The position numbers were made by a program, and so were the translations under genes. From Octopus vulgaris (Eukaryota): a DNA stretch of 64,000 bases. The notes under the pieces are model-generated. The model ran no database searches, was not told the origin of the DNA, and worked only from the letters and a program-made list of their open reading frames with translations. Location of the stretch: NCBI GenBank assembly GCA_951406725.2, contig OX597831.1, positions 20,832,001-20,896,000 of the forward strand, in the 5' to 3' direction. Positions 1-14,078 of this stretch are shown here, one piece after another (within the stretch, counting starts at the first letter, position 1; every line of letters begins with the position of its first letter).

Positions 1-59
1 TCTGCTTGTCTCAGAAGAACTGAATTTGGTTGAAGATTATCAAATTTGCTATCTTCAAA

Positions 60-1260
60 TTGGTTTCCGTACCAATCCTCGCCTACGGTTATAACTATTG
101 AGTAACGGTCACAAGAAAATAGTCGCTAATACAACTGGCCGAAATAGGATTCCTCCGTAGGATCTCAGGCGTAAAGTTACTCCCCGTTGAGTCAATCCTT
201 ATTGAGTACATACTTCTCTGTACGTAGAAACGATAGCCACAGCCTTATGCTGAGCCAACCGGCAAGACACATAGGAATAGACCAAGAACACAGGAATAGA
301 CCAAGAACATAGGAATAGACCAAGAACATAGGAATAGACCAAGAACATAGGAATAGACCAAGAACATAGGAATAGACCAAGAACATAGGAATAGACCAAG
401 AACATGGGAATAGACCAAGAACATGGGAATAGACCAAGAACATAGGAATAGACCAAGACACATAGGAATAGACCAAGAACATAGGAATAGACCAAGAACA
501 TAGGAATAGACCAAGAACATGGGAATAGACCAAGAACATAGGAATAGACCAAGAACATAGGAATAGACCAAGAACATAGGAATAGACCAAGAACATAGGA
601 ATAGACCAAGAACATAGGAATAGACCAAGAACATAGGAATAGACCAAGAACATAGGAATAGACCAAGAACATAGGAATAGACCAAGAACATAGGAATAGG
701 CCAAGAACATAGGAATGGACCAAGAACATAGGAATAGACCAAGAACATAGGAATTGACCAAGAACATAGGAATAGACCAAGAACATAGGAATAGACCAAG
801 AACATAGGAATAGACCAAGAACATAGGAATAGACCAAGAACATAGGAATAGACCAAGAACATAGGAATAGACCAAGAACATAGGAATAGACCAAGAACAT
901 GGGAATAGACCAAGAACATAGGAATAGACCAAGACACATAGGAATAGACCAAGAACATAGGAATAGACCAAGAACATAGGAATAGACCAAGAACATGGGA
1001 ATAGACCAAGAACATGGGAATAGACCAAGAACATAGGAATAGACCAAGAACATAGGAATAGACCAAGAACATAGGAATAGACCAAGACACATAGGAATAG
1101 ACCAAGACACATAGGAATAGACCAAGAACATAAGAATAGACCAAGAGCCAACCAGCAAGACACATAGGAATGAACCAGACTCAGTTGGCTTCGCTTGGGA
1201 ATGGATCCAGAATATCTCATGACGCTGCTTCTTATGGGACCCTATGAAATGTAGTGGGTG
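60..1260 (+). mobile_element. Decayed RTE-clade LINE 3' fragment split by a minisatellite expansion
   Basis: Manual translation gives VPILAYG, SLIQLAEIGFLRRISGVKL and AEPTGKTHRNRPRT before the array, and LSWLRLGMDPE after it. These resemble the RTE C-terminal motifs AEMxFLRRI.G and P.GKRPRGRPRT. Confidence 0.65.
263..1171. repeat. 19-bp minisatellite (CATAGGAATAGACCAAGAA)n, about 46 copies
   Basis: Head-to-tail 19-bp units with occasional GGG and 20-bp GACAC variants and no spacers. It accounts for the three overlapping minus-strand ORFs at 192-1220. Confidence 0.97.
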
Positions 1261-2867
1261 TAGATTCTTCAGGATTCTACTTCCACTACCCTCCCAAGAA
1301 TAATGGTCAAAGAAGATGAACAGATGAATATATTACTGAGATAGTTCATCGGTTGTTTTTGTTCCAAGCTGAAATTTAAAATATACTAATCGCTGTTGTG
1401 TACAGCAAAGAAGAAACGTTTCTCTAATTGAGAGATTCTTCACTAATTTTTGTTGCTTTCTTTGCTTCTTCAAGATATGGTTCTGTTTTTGTTTTTTGCT
1501 TTTGAGTCTCCCTCCGGCAGATTTTCTTATTGTTACTCTTCATCATCACAAAACTGTGTCGCTGATGCTACTGAACCTGCTGGTGCTCTAGTGGTGTTTG
1601 TAGTCCTGGTAGTGCTGCTGGTTACTACGGTTACTGTAGCAGGGGAACATGACATCTGATCGTTAGCTTACCTTCTGAGATAATGATTGCAATTACTTCT
1701 GTCATCTATGAAACTGTAACCTATATTGTAGTGTTGCTGAAAGAAGGGCTTGTGATGTTTCTCTTCTGTGATCAACAACAACGAGGATTACAGGAACTCT
1801 TATTACCGCCACTGTCGGCGCGAATGGAAGTGGTGTTAGGAGAGGAAGCCCTAAAAGTTATGCTTCTATTGTTGGGGATCCATCACTCTCTGTCTTTCCG
1901 CCTTTACACCAGGTAGAATAACCTCAAATGTTTTTGGGCTTTTTTTTTTACCTTCGACTCACCAGCCACTTTACCTTTCCCTCTGCACACTCTGCATGAC
2001 AGCGAACGCGTACGTCTCTCTGATCTTTGGGACTTTGTACATTAAAACCTCCACCAGACTATTTATCATTTCTAGTAACTTCCTTTTTCTCTTTGAATAA
2101 AAATCTTCCTGAACTCATATTCTGTAGAATGTTTTAAAAGGGAAACACACATTGGACAATATAGTCCTAGGTACACTATTTCTGAAACAAAAAAATGAAG
2201 AGACGATGGTTACGGATGCAATGACTTTAACCATGTTTACTTTATAGGCGGGAGTGAACTAGAACGAAGCAATAACAACAAATGCCTCCTCTGCTAATAA
2301 TTTTGAACGTCACACCGAAATGATGTTCAAAATGAACGTCACACCGAAATTTTGAACACTTTTCAAATAACAACAAAGTGTTGGAAAGAACTAAATAGTT
2401 CTCATTGATTTTGTTCTCACAAATAGATCGAAAAGACTATGACTACGATTGAAAAGCCTTGAAGAGGGGACCATCTCTTCTTGTCCAATGATTTCGTTTT
2501 GTTAAGACAAAATGTGTCTAGGACGACATTATCCAATCTATCCTTTCTGTTTTAAGGTGATAAGCTGTGATTTGAGAGACTTTGCTGTTATTCGTTGCAA
2601 GTCAGGTGGTCATGTAGACCGCCTGACTGGTTGGATGGTAAATATGTTATATGTCATGGAATGGTAGATATTCCATACTGTAACTCCTTATACATAAGAT
2701 CACTATCTATGCCTAGTTTTCGACTACTCGGGATTATGAAGCTATGTTTACCAGTTATACACCGGTCTCAATTCAGTTAACTATACTCTTTCTTTCTTTC
2801 ATTCTTTCTCTCTTTCACCATCATCAATCTACCATTTTCCCCCAAACATTTTTATTTCTCTCCCTCC

Positions 2868-2913
<46 letters not shown>

Positions 2914-4549
2914 ATATCGCTGTTTCCGAAAAAATGTTCTAGCATGCAAACAGATTTCGACCTTCATCTCAATTTTAGTGATGCAATGCTAGAGATCATG
3001 TTGACGTTCAGTGAGATTTTACCCTCCCCGTGAGCATTGTACTGAGTCATTAAATGAATTCGAACTATTGATCTTTCAGTTATACTTGTACCACGCTTCG
3101 TTCTATTGACTTAATCTCTTTACGGCTGAAACCAGAAATGTAGAAACTATTTTCTGTTAAACAAGTTATTAAGTAACCTGTTATTATTTCTATTGGTTTC
3201 GTGTGAAATCAACAAACTAATTTTGATAGAAGCTGTTATCATAACAATTGAAAATGTTCCTGTGATATTTCTCTTGTTTTCGGTGTTGATTTTAGAAGAT
3301 TTTTCAATTATGTAAATTCATTGTATTTCCTTTCATTTTCTGTTGTTTCTGTTGGTTTTCTATTTTTGTATTTTTATAAAACCACGAATTACAAGGAATT
3401 TATTATCGATATTATATAAAGGTTCCAAATTTTATAGGAATATTCCATTTCATTGATATACTTTTAAAAATATATTGAAATAGTTTTAAAATGTATTGAA
3501 ATAGTTTTAAAATCTATTGATATTTTTCAAAACTGAATTCAGTATAGTAAATAGAACAGCATGAAAGGAATGATTAGAGAAAAATACTTTGGCTGAAACA
3601 AATTCGAGGAAAAACAACAAAAAAATAATGAAATAGAAATGTATTACAGAACGATGAAATATAATGTGTAGACACAAAAGATAAAAGCAGGTGCATTAAG
3701 CAAATTTATCTGAAATCCAAAGTCGTTGATAACTGGTGAACGGCGAGTGCATTATACTTCCATTTCTGCGGAAGATACGACTGCAGTGAGTTTAAGCGAG
3801 AAACACCTGGATTAATAACTTATCAAATCTGTCATTAATAAATGAAATGAAATTAATTTAAGACGACAAAGCAACTTAACAATGAAACAACCAATAGCGG
3901 AAGATACAAAGGATGTCATAAAACAAGAGAAATATGTTATGATTAAAGGAAGAACGTAATATATTCTATTTGAAGCGTCTTAGTCTGAGTATAGTTACAT
4001 ATAATAAGCATGTAAAGTAACTTATTATTTAGTGTATATCAAACTGGATGTAGTGAAAAATTGGAATTATTTATTCACTCAAAAAATGATTGTCTTTCAA
4101 GATGGGGATGTTCCGCTGCATACAGATAAAACTGGCGTCTATTGTTGACTTCCACTACCACGTAATCTGGTACGATCTCTGACTGATTGGTAAAAGTTGC
4201 TCATAGTCACTAGAGGAGACTGTTCGCAGTATATGTGGAAAAGTTTATATCTTACCTGGTACTACTAGTGTTGTTAAATCATTCAGTAAAATTTCCTTTC
4301 CTTTTTATTTTCATTCCGGTTAAAGAATAAGGAGTTATTTGCCTTGTTTTTGTTCTTACACATTAGAATACAAAAAAACCAAAAACAATTATGCTTGCTT
4401 TTGCTGTTGACCGGAGGTTGTACATAGCTACAAGATGAAAGACATAGTTGAATAATGTTATCATAGTGAAAGATGAGAAGGAATAAACACATGCGCGCAT
4501 ACAGGTACGATGCTATATACACAAGTATTTATTTCAATATACCGAATTG

Positions 4550-4745
4550 GTTTCAAATTTTGGCTCAAGGCCAGCAATTTAAAGGGATGTTTAAGTCGAT
4601 TGCCTTGGCACTGGTGCTCGATTGGCACTTATTTTATCGACTTCGAAGGGATGAAATTTAAAGTCAACGTCAGTGGAATTTAAACTCAGATCATAACGAC
4701 AGACGAAGCCCAGGCGGGCTAATGATTCTGCCAGCTGTCCGCCCT
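4550..4745 (-). mobile_element. Old SINE family C copy (Deu/Nin-like domain)
   Basis: Diverged reverse-complement match to the family C copy at 31900-32135 (ggatgaaa...aaagtcaac, gaatttaaactcaga, gattctgccagct). Confidence 0.6.
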
Positions 4746-5173
4746 CTTTCCATATACTAAATTCATGTTTCAACATGATAAAATACACCCAAGTTATTTA
4801 AGACCTCTATTAACACATCGCTAAACCTAAATACATTAATATAATGCAATAAATATTGGGAGAACACATACATACATACAAACATATATATATATATACA
4901 TATATACCTCAAAAAGTTCAATTGAAACGGGGGTTGAGAACAAATCGTATTTGAAATTATACTTTCTGCTTACTTATGTTCTATTTCTTTATGTATGTAT
5001 ACATGTACGTATGGTGACAGAAACAAGTGGCGAAAATAATGACGGTATACACGCGTGGTCAGCGGGGTGGCGTCATTCGGAGGCTCAAACGATGCCAGGC
5101 GCATTGTGATTAATGTATGTATCAGCATAATCTGGTCAGTCTCTCTACATACATAAATATATATATATATGTT

Positions 5174-5233
<60 letters not shown>

Positions 5234-6131
5234 TGTGCATGTATGTATGTATGTATATGTAAATATATAAGAAATAATGGTAAGACTATAGTGATCAGCA
5301 ATAACAGGACAAGATAATTAGGGGAAAACGAATAAATATATCAATACACACCTGAGATAGTAAAAGGGGAAGAGAGAAAGAAAAGAAAAGATGGAGAGTG
5401 AGAAAGAAAGAGAGAGAGAGAGGGAAAAAGAGGAGAGAGAGAGGGGGAAAAAGAGGAGAGAGAGAGGAGTGTGAGGTGACAAAGGGAGATAAAGTTAGAG
5501 GGAAATGTTTCGAAATGGCCAGCCTGTTAACACATTCACACCAATAGGAACTGGACAAATGAATGTAAGCAGAAAAGTGCAAAATGAAAGAATAGGAATG
5601 GTCCATGAGCTTACAAAGCATAGCTGTCCAAAGGTGAATTTCTAGATTTCAAAGGAACAAATTCTAAACAAACGTTTTTAGGTATACCATTACAGATTTA
5701 TGAAAAGCGACACACACTTCCAGCTAGGTATGGATACTTACAGATCCTACATAATGTGTGAATGTATTGTAAGTTTTTGGATAATTCTCGAATTTTAAAA
5801 GTTGGCAATTTTTCATTGAAAAAATTAGGATGTATAAACAAGAGGCACATAGTTGAATGCATCGTGTTTTATATATTTAATCTAAGGTGTACCTGTTGAA
5901 GAAGATTTCACCTAGCGAATATTATTTATTTGCTAAACTAAAATCAGAAACCAATTGGTCCAGGAATCTAGATGGTAAAAGTTTTTTTATTTTTTCATTT
6001 CGTTCCTGTCGGGATTTTATCTCTAATTTTGTGGTTATAGAACCTAGCTGTTCTTTCTAACGTGCTGAATCCCACGAGAGGATTCCTTATGTGTTTAAAT
6101 GTACACTGTATTTTATGAGTATATATATATG

Positions 6132-6187
<56 letters not shown>

Positions 6188-6188
<1 letters not shown>

Positions 6189-6352
6189 TTTATTTAAAGC
6201 AGCAGAAAATTCAACAAAACCTGTTACTCTGAGTTTCCCGTTGCCGTTCATCGGACAGTTTTTGCTAGATTCTAGCAAAAACTGTCCGATGAACGGCAAC
6301 GGGAAACTCAGAGTAACAGGTTTTGTTGAATTTTCTGCTGCTTTAAATAAAG
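6188..6352. repeat. Perfect palindrome with 82-bp arms centred on T6270
   Basis: 6188-6269 is the exact reverse complement of 6271-6352 when read base by base. Confidence 0.95.
6281..6320 (+). ncRNA. Putative minimal type-I hammerhead ribozyme with variant core CCGAUGA; mirrored on the minus strand at 6220-6259
   Basis: CUGU-CCGAUGA-aCG gcaa CGg-GAAA-CUCAGA-GUA-ACAG. Stem I is CUGU/ACAG, stem III is the near-palindrome ACUCAGAGU and the triplet is GUA. Stem II is weak. Confidence 0.55.
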
Positions 6353-6721
6353 CATATTACACTACCACTGGTATTTGAGTACTCTTTTTCCACCTTGTTT
6401 CACATTTATGTGTTTACTCCGGTATATATATATTTATATATGGGATTAAAATTCATGCAGATATCAAGGAATAAGGTTAAGCACAACAGTATAAAGGAAT
6501 AAGGTTAAATTTCCAACACACAGATACCAGTAAATATATGTAGAATGCAAATCTCAGGTAAATCCTAATGGATGGCAGGTAAATCCAACAATCCTCATAC
6601 AGAATTATAAGAAATTCAGAGTATTAATACCAATCATTATGTATGAAGAAAATCATGTCTTTATTTTAGATGACACCTTAAAAATCCAACAATTGTTTCA
6701 GTGGCATTAATATATACATAA

Positions 6722-6772
<51 letters not shown>

Positions 6773-6996
6773 TATACACATAGATACATATACATGATAT
6801 TATTAATTAAAACTTTTCAGTTTTTATTCAATGAGGCTAAATCCTATATAAGAGATTATTATTAAGAAAAAATAAATATTTCGTTGTCCTTTCGGTAATT
6901 TTTATTTCTTAATTATCCAGTGAAATCCTCGGTGGTTGTATACGTTGTTGAAAATAACAATTCTTCAGTTATTATAAAATATGGTTAATCGCTATT

Positions 6997-7337
6997 GTAA
7001 AGGGTAAAGACCCCCTTCGGTCATGAATGACCATGGGATTGCACCTAGAAAGTTACCCTCCTAGACACAAGTCCGGGCAAGGTTGTTTATGGAAGACCAG
7101 CAGTCGCCCATGCATACCAGCCTCCCCTCTCCACGCTACCAGTGTTATCCAAGGGAAAGGCAAAGGATCCAATACAGCTTGGCACCAGTGACGTCGCAAC
7201 TCATTTCTACAGCTGAGTGAACTGGAGCAACGTGAAATAAGTGCCTTGCTCAAGAACATAACACGCAGCCCGGTCCGGGATTCGAGCTCACAACCTCACG
7301 ATCGTAAGCTCGACGCTCTAACCACTGAGCCATGCGC
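6997..7337 (-). mobile_element. tRNA-derived SINE family D, full length
   Basis: The minus strand begins gcgcatggctcagtggttagagc (A box), followed by a B-box-like segment and the CORE-like cttgagcaaggcactt. Partial copies lie at 50068-50338 (near-identical) and 39105-39258 (diverged). Confidence 0.85.
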
Positions 7338-7801
7338 AAATAAATCGGTAATTAATTTCTGCGAGGTAAATTATACAAGTTTCTATTAAGCATGACGTAG
7401 AATTATTATCTGTTATTTTATTCTTTATTTATCTATTAAGCAGAACGTATAATTTTTGTCTGCAGCTATTGTTCTTTAGACAGTCAGTGACGTTATCGGT
7501 TTTAGTGTATAAATATACTGAATTTCTAACTTCGCTGTTTTATTGTTTTATTTTCATTTTTATGTAGCTTTCGAATTGTCAAAAATTGTGGAATTAATAT
7601 GTTTTTTTTAAATATCTTATTTGTATAAACTAAATCAGTTATTCAGTAACGTCGTTCTTGGTTGAATGAATGAATGTCTAAAGTTAAATTCTTTTGGCGT
7701 TTCTTTTTGTTAGAGTTTTAATAGCTAAAATTTCACGAATACGGATTACGTTGACAATGTGTTGACATAAGTTTTCGTACATATTATTATTAATAATACA
7801 T

Positions 7802-7864
<63 letters not shown>

Positions 7865-8929
7865 TAACACCACTAACGTGATGTTCAATATCTACAGCGA
7901 CAACGCTACGAACAATGTAAGCAACCACATCTTGAAAAATCAATCACAATAAATAACTTGGCACCATAGGTACATTAAAAGTTGTATGAAATGTATGTAA
8001 GAATGGAGAAGACAATATGTTGAGCAATAAGGGTTGACTTTAGATGAAATAAAATAATAAAATTAACAGAGTACCACCACTGTTACTAGCATTAGTATCA
8101 ACATCATCGCTATCACCAACGCTATCAGCACCAAAAACAATACAATCTCCACTACTAATACTATTTGCCAATCCACCACCTTTTGAATAACTGTCAACAA
8201 CAATAATACTATTAACAGAGAGGAATGTCTGTAACTACATATATTGTATGTCAACACAAACATGTGTGTATGTGTGTGTGAGTAGAGTGTAGAGTTTTTA
8301 TGGATCAAGTGAGAGATGCATAGAGTTCAATGGCCTGGCAATCCTTTAACAAACTGTAATAATATAGGAATTCTGACTAACTTTTTCACCCCTTAGTTTT
8401 CTCATTTCAATTCATCTATATTAATAAACGCGAAATTCTCTCTGTGCGGGACCTCTTCATCTCTGTCTATATTTGTTTTTACATAGACATATTATACATT
8501 TTTGGAATCATGATAAATCCGTGATTGGAAATTTGCCCTTCCTTTGGTTTTTGAACATCCAATATTGGGATGTGATTTAAAAGCGTTTGGGTTACTATTT
8601 CTAGCTAGTACGGCTTGGGTAATTCGCGCCAACTTGTTTGGCGTTTCACAGATGACGTCAGCGATTAAGGGAGATATAAATGACATTCTCTTCCATAATT
8701 TTAAGTCGAGAAATTTGGGACAAATTGGCCAAAAGCTGGAATTCAACTTGGGAGAGGAACAATAGAATGATTGCATTACAGAATTAATTCTCATCTGTCC
8801 TTAACCTCTGATCAAACATCACCGGAACATGTAGTTATTATAGACGTATTATAGTCATGTTATTCAGCTCTCTTTAGTTTTGGGCCGGAGGAGCTAGCCT
8901 AAAAGGACACACGCTGCAATTGTTTTCGT

Positions 8930-10220
8930 TCCAACACACGATCTCAGATCAGGTCACTTGCTATGCAAGTATATCTCCGTAATATATCAGCATTATAAAA
9001 TCACAACTGTTGACAAATGGTACCATCATCGTCCTGAGGATGTAACTGAAGGAGAAAAAGTAACGTTTTTGGGACATTCCAGTACATGAAGACGAGACCA
9101 TCAAAGTTAACAAACCGGATATTCTTGTGAAACATCGAAACGTTAAAGTCTGTTTATTGAGTAATATGAACATTCCTTGTGATCATAATATCTCGGCAAA
9201 AGAATTTGACAAGCTTAGAAAATATTGGGTTGTCCAGAAAGTTCGTGCCGATTTTAAAGGAAAGTAAAAGGTGAATAAATACTTGCCATTACATTTTTAA
9301 TCAAACAAATGTGAACCATTTTGTTGCACAATGCGTCTCCATATTTCCTTTAACTTGAAATTATCCTCTTCCCAGAATTAAGCTGGTTTCATGACAACGA
9401 ATTCATCTAGGTATCTTTTTACGTCATCCAAGGCATTGGAATTTTTACAATTAAGGCTATTCTGCAGAGACCTGAATAAGTGGAAATCCGAAGGAGCAAT
9501 ATCTGGTGAATATGGAGAGTGGGGTAGCACGTCCCAGTCGAGCTGCAGCAATTTTTTGTCTAGTCCCCAAAGCATCAAGTGCTTGAAATGAACTTTCTTG
9601 TCTTCCATTTTAAAGGGTTACAGAATTAACACAGGTTATAGGAACATAAATCTTCTTCCACGAAAAGATAGCTTAAACTGTGCTCTAAATGGAGGTGTAG
9701 TCAAATCCTATTTTATGGACTCAAACATGTTCTAAAATAAGTCGAAAGGTAAGCTACTATAAATCGGCACGAACTTTCCGGACAACCGGAAATCGAAAAG
9801 ATTTGAAAGAATTGAAATCGAAAAGACGTGGTAGCTCAAGAAGGCTGCAATACCAATGTTTGTAAGAGCACTTGAAATGATCAAACAAGGAACTGAAAAT
9901 TATTTGAGAACGATCCCTGCTCGCCATCTATGCAAGGAAGGAAAAAGATTGTTTTAACTCGTACGTCACACGTATTGAGAAGAGCGTTGCTGTCGTGAAT
10001 TTCCTTTTCTTTTCTTCCTTTTCTTCTCTTTTCTCTTTGTTTTCATTTTTCCTTCTCTTTCCCTTTCTTTTCTCAGCGTTTTCTTGCTTTGTTATTCTAC
10101 CACATAGCCTGGCTTGTAAATGAACAATCTGGTGTGTTTATTTTAATGACCTAGGAATCTCCTACAGTGAGTTTCTTTGCCCTAGGTGTCGAGAACACAC
10201 TCAGCAAAAATGAAGGAAGA
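8930..10220 (+). mobile_element. R4/Dong-type non-LTR retrotransposon 3' fragment (RLE domain), interrupted by a mariner
   Basis: With frameshifts it reads KITTVDKWYHHRPEDVTE..WDIPVHEDETIKVNKPDILV..IPCDHNISAKEFDKLRKY, resumes after 9788 as IEIEKTW*LKKAAIPMFVRALEMIKQG, and ends at an (ACT)n array. Confidence 0.8.
9225..9788 (-). mobile_element. Internally deleted mariner DNA transposon (about 565 bp)
   Basis: TIRs ttgggttgtccagaaagttcgtgccgattt and aaatcggcacgaactttccggacaacc, with TA on the left. ORF 9378-9608 contains WDVLPHSPYSPDIAPSDFHLFRSLQN (YSPDLAP motif). Confidence 0.92.
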
Positions 10221-10221
10221 A

Positions 10222-10303
<82 letters not shown>

Positions 10304-10761
10304 ACTAATAATAATTATTATTATTATTAGCTGTTTTTGTCCCGACTGACAAATGTCTTTGGGAAGTTTGAACTTCATTCCCAGTAATATCTCTTAATAT
10401 TATTTCCTCTTATTCACCCACCTTCACTATCCTTATATTTAAATGCCATATGGTCTCGTGTGGTTAAAAATAATAAACACGCAAATTTCCTTTCTATTGT
10501 TCCGTGTTGTTTTTAATAGAAGAATATAGAAGATAACAAAGCGAGTTGTATTAAGTCTCTGAAGGAATTTTATAAAGATATATCTCCAACAAATAGCACC
10601 TTATCTGCTGATGAAATAAATCATTGTCTTTTTTTTTTCTTCTTGACAATTTCATTTCATGTTTGTTGCCTATTATGGCGATAAACTGTAAAAGTATGCG
10701 CTGCTTAGTACCACCACCTGGTCTTCCGATGGCTTCATAGGTGTGTGTTCACACACACACA

Positions 10762-10812
<51 letters not shown>

Positions 10813-11025
10813 GCAGAAAGGAAGAAAGAGAGAGAGAAAAGGAGAAAAAGAGAGGGAGAGAAAAAGGGAGATTGATCGGTAGATAGGTAGATATACATGC
10901 GTTTGTATGAGTATATATATATATATTATAAAATATATACATATGCATGTACGTACATATGTGTATTTATGTATGTATATTTCGTCATATCTATACTCAT
11001 ACCTATACTCACATAAGCACAGGCA

Positions 11026-11394
<369 letters not shown>

Positions 11395-12020
11395 CTGAGT
11401 AAAATTTGAAAATGAGTCGTGATTTTCTAAAATGCATATGCACATAAATTTTAGATATCTAATATATTACATAGGCATGTCTGTGCAGTCACTTTTCACA
11501 CGAAAACAGCTTCACCAATTGCTTCTATACTTGTAATGCATGAATAATTTGACCCCGGACAAATAAATGTTAGGCTCTTCATTTTATTTGTTTTATTAAC
11601 AATAAATAATATTGTTTTATATAAAATATTCCCTCCTTTGAAAATGTTTTCGCAATGTCAACTTTCGGTACTGACGTAGCAACGGTAAAAAGCTTTATTC
11701 TGAATTTTAACGTTTTCATTTCAAGTTTTAATTAACTATTTGCAAACAACTACGATAAATTACTGAACGAAATATTTACAAAGTTCACGAATTTAACATT
11801 CCGTACAAGAGCTTCTAATTATACGACTTTTTCATTTCATGTTTATTTCATTCATTGTTCGCAATATTCTCTCTTACCCCCATCTCACTCACATATTCAC
11901 AAGTCAGTGTGACACGCACACGTGTTTTTGAAAGTACGTTTGTATACATTTATGTATGTGTGTGTGTGTTTGTGAGAAAGAAAGTGAGTGTGTCAAGGGG
12001 TGTGTTGTCATGTATACCCT

Positions 12021-12412
12021 TTACTCTCTTTTTACTCTTTTACTTGTTTCAGTCATTCGACTGCAGCCATGCTAGAGCACCGCCTTTAGTCGAGGAAATC
12101 GACCCCGGGACTTATTCTTTGTAAGCCCAGTACTTATTCTATCGGTCTCTTTTGCCGAACCGCTAAGTGACGGGGACGTAAACACACCAGCATCGGTTGT
12201 CAAGCAATGCCAGGGGGACAAACACAGACACACAAACCCACACAAACATATATATACGACAGGCTTCTTTCAGTTTCCGTCTACCAAATCCACTCACAAG
12301 GCATTGGTCGGCCCGGGGCTATAGCAGAAGACACTTGCCCAAGATGCCACGCAGTGGGACTGAATCCGGAACCATGTGGTTGGTTAGCAAGCTACTTACC
12401 ACACAGCCACTC
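12021..12412 (-). mobile_element. tRNA-derived SINE family A, full length
   Basis: Head ggagtggctgtgtggtaag...ggttccggattcagtccc, CORE-like cttgggcaagtgtctt, internal microsatellite and (gtaaaaga)n tail. Many near-identical copies occur in the window. Confidence 0.9.
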
Positions 12413-12544
12413 CATAGATTAATATATATGCATACATGCATTTGTATGTATGTGTGCGTGTGTGCGCGTGAGAGAGTGTGATGTCTAAGTGGCGTTCACA
12501 CACACTCTCTATCTTTCTTATAAACACACACACACAAAATACTA

Positions 12545-13650
12545 AATGAGATGGAAAGGTAGTCAAGAAAGCTCCTACCGATGCTTGGAGTCCATCATCC
12601 ACGTCCACGTGCAGACACTGATCACCTATACATGAAGAGAGCAATGGAAGAAGAGAACTGATAAGTGTGGAAGACTGTGTGCGTATCGAACTCGAGAGCT
12701 TAGTGAGATACCTAGACCAAAGAAGGGAAACTTTGCTAGTGTCAGTTAGGAATGAGGGTGTATTGAAAGCAGAGAAAAAAAGGGAAAACAAAGGAAGCAA
12801 TACAAAAAGGAGATGAAGAAGAATTACGCTACAAGGGACTACACAAGCAATTCAATGCAGCCACAACAGAAGTTGCTGGAAAAAAATAGGTGGGATTAGC
12901 AGAAGAAAGGAAAACTAAAAAAAGGGACCGATAGCACTATTCTGTCAGCGCAAGAGCAAGTTTTGGCCACGACCTGGAGGGTCAATCTTAGGAATGATCA
13001 AGTGTCTCTGCTGTGTCGTATCTATAATAGATTGGATGAAACCATTGCCCATATCATGAACGGATGTCTTAGACTTGCTCAAAACTACTACGCTTTGTGG
13101 CAATACGATCAAGTAGTGATAGTGCTACGTTGGAAACTGTGCGAAAAGTGGAGTCTAGAGAGAGGCAAGACGTGGTGTAAGCACAAAAAGCAGAGCGTGG
13201 TTGAGTCGGAAACTAGCAAAACCCTCTGGGATTTCCCAATCCTAACAGATAAGGTGCTGGAGCGTAACAGAACGGCAAGATGCGTCACATGTGCTGTATG
13301 GTTGATGTTTCACGAGTAGTTAAGAAGGAAGGTGAAAGAAATAGATGAATACAATCCTCTTAATTATGAAGTAGCCGGTTATGGAAAATGAAGAAGGTGA
13401 AGATACTGCCAATTACCGTTCGGTCATTGGCTTCAGTTCCAGAAAGCATCAAGAGAAATAGAAAGTTAATTAGAATAGATTGTCCAGTAGAACTGTTATA
13501 AAAGGATTGCCTTCTTGACGCTCCCAGAATGATCAGGAAAATATCAGATAGTCGAAAATAACGACTAGCATGGTACCGTAGGCTGCAGATAGCGAGCCTG
13601 CTATGCATGCAAGACTCCAGGAGTTCTAACGAAACTCGTTATGAAAATAA
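12545..13650 (+). mobile_element. R4/Dong-type LINE 3' fragment (zinc knuckle plus RLE), degenerate
   Basis: LISVEDCVRIE, ILSAQEQVLAT, CRIYNRLDETIAHIMNGC (CCHC remnant), WKLCEKW and LWDFPILTDKVLERN; ends in (AAC)n(AAT)n. Confidence 0.85.
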
Positions 13651-13682
13651 ACAACAACAACAACAACAACAATAATAATAAT

Positions 13683-13860
13683 ATTGAAAAATGTTTTGAT
13701 TACATTCCTGAGAAATCAACAGTCTATGAGACTCAAAATATTGTGTTGACATCAACCATTTAAGTTCTCAGAAAGTTTCTCTCCAAGGAATATATACGTG
13801 CCTCAGGTGTCTGGTTGAGACCCGGTCAGACGAAATCAAATTGCGTGCAACTAGAAAATG
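13683..13860 (+). mobile_element. Short 5'-truncated R4/Dong-type 3' end between TAA-type arrays
   Basis: IEKCFDYIPEKSTVYETQNIVLTSTI*VLRKFLS resembles the R4/Dong C-terminus (IP....ELQKI.L.T..ILRK.LS). Confidence 0.55.
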
Positions 13861-13863
13861 ATG

Positions 13864-13894
<31 letters not shown>

Positions 13895-14010
13895 TAATAA
13901 TGATGATGATGATGATGATGAAAATGATGATGATGATAATGATAATGATAATAATAATAATCATAATAATGATAATAAGGATGATGATGATGATGATGAA
14001 AATGATGATG

Positions 14011-14074
<64 letters not shown>

Positions 14075-14078
14075 TAAT
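13858..14078. repeat. (AAT)n/(GAT)n microsatellite
   Basis: Directly visible; source of the poly-I/N/D/H ORFs. Confidence 0.95.

Noticed and set aside
263-1171. CRISPR-like array or 300-aa membrane protein ORFs
   Set aside because: Units are contiguous with no unique spacers and there are no cas genes. All three minus frames stay open only because the 19-bp unit lacks stops.
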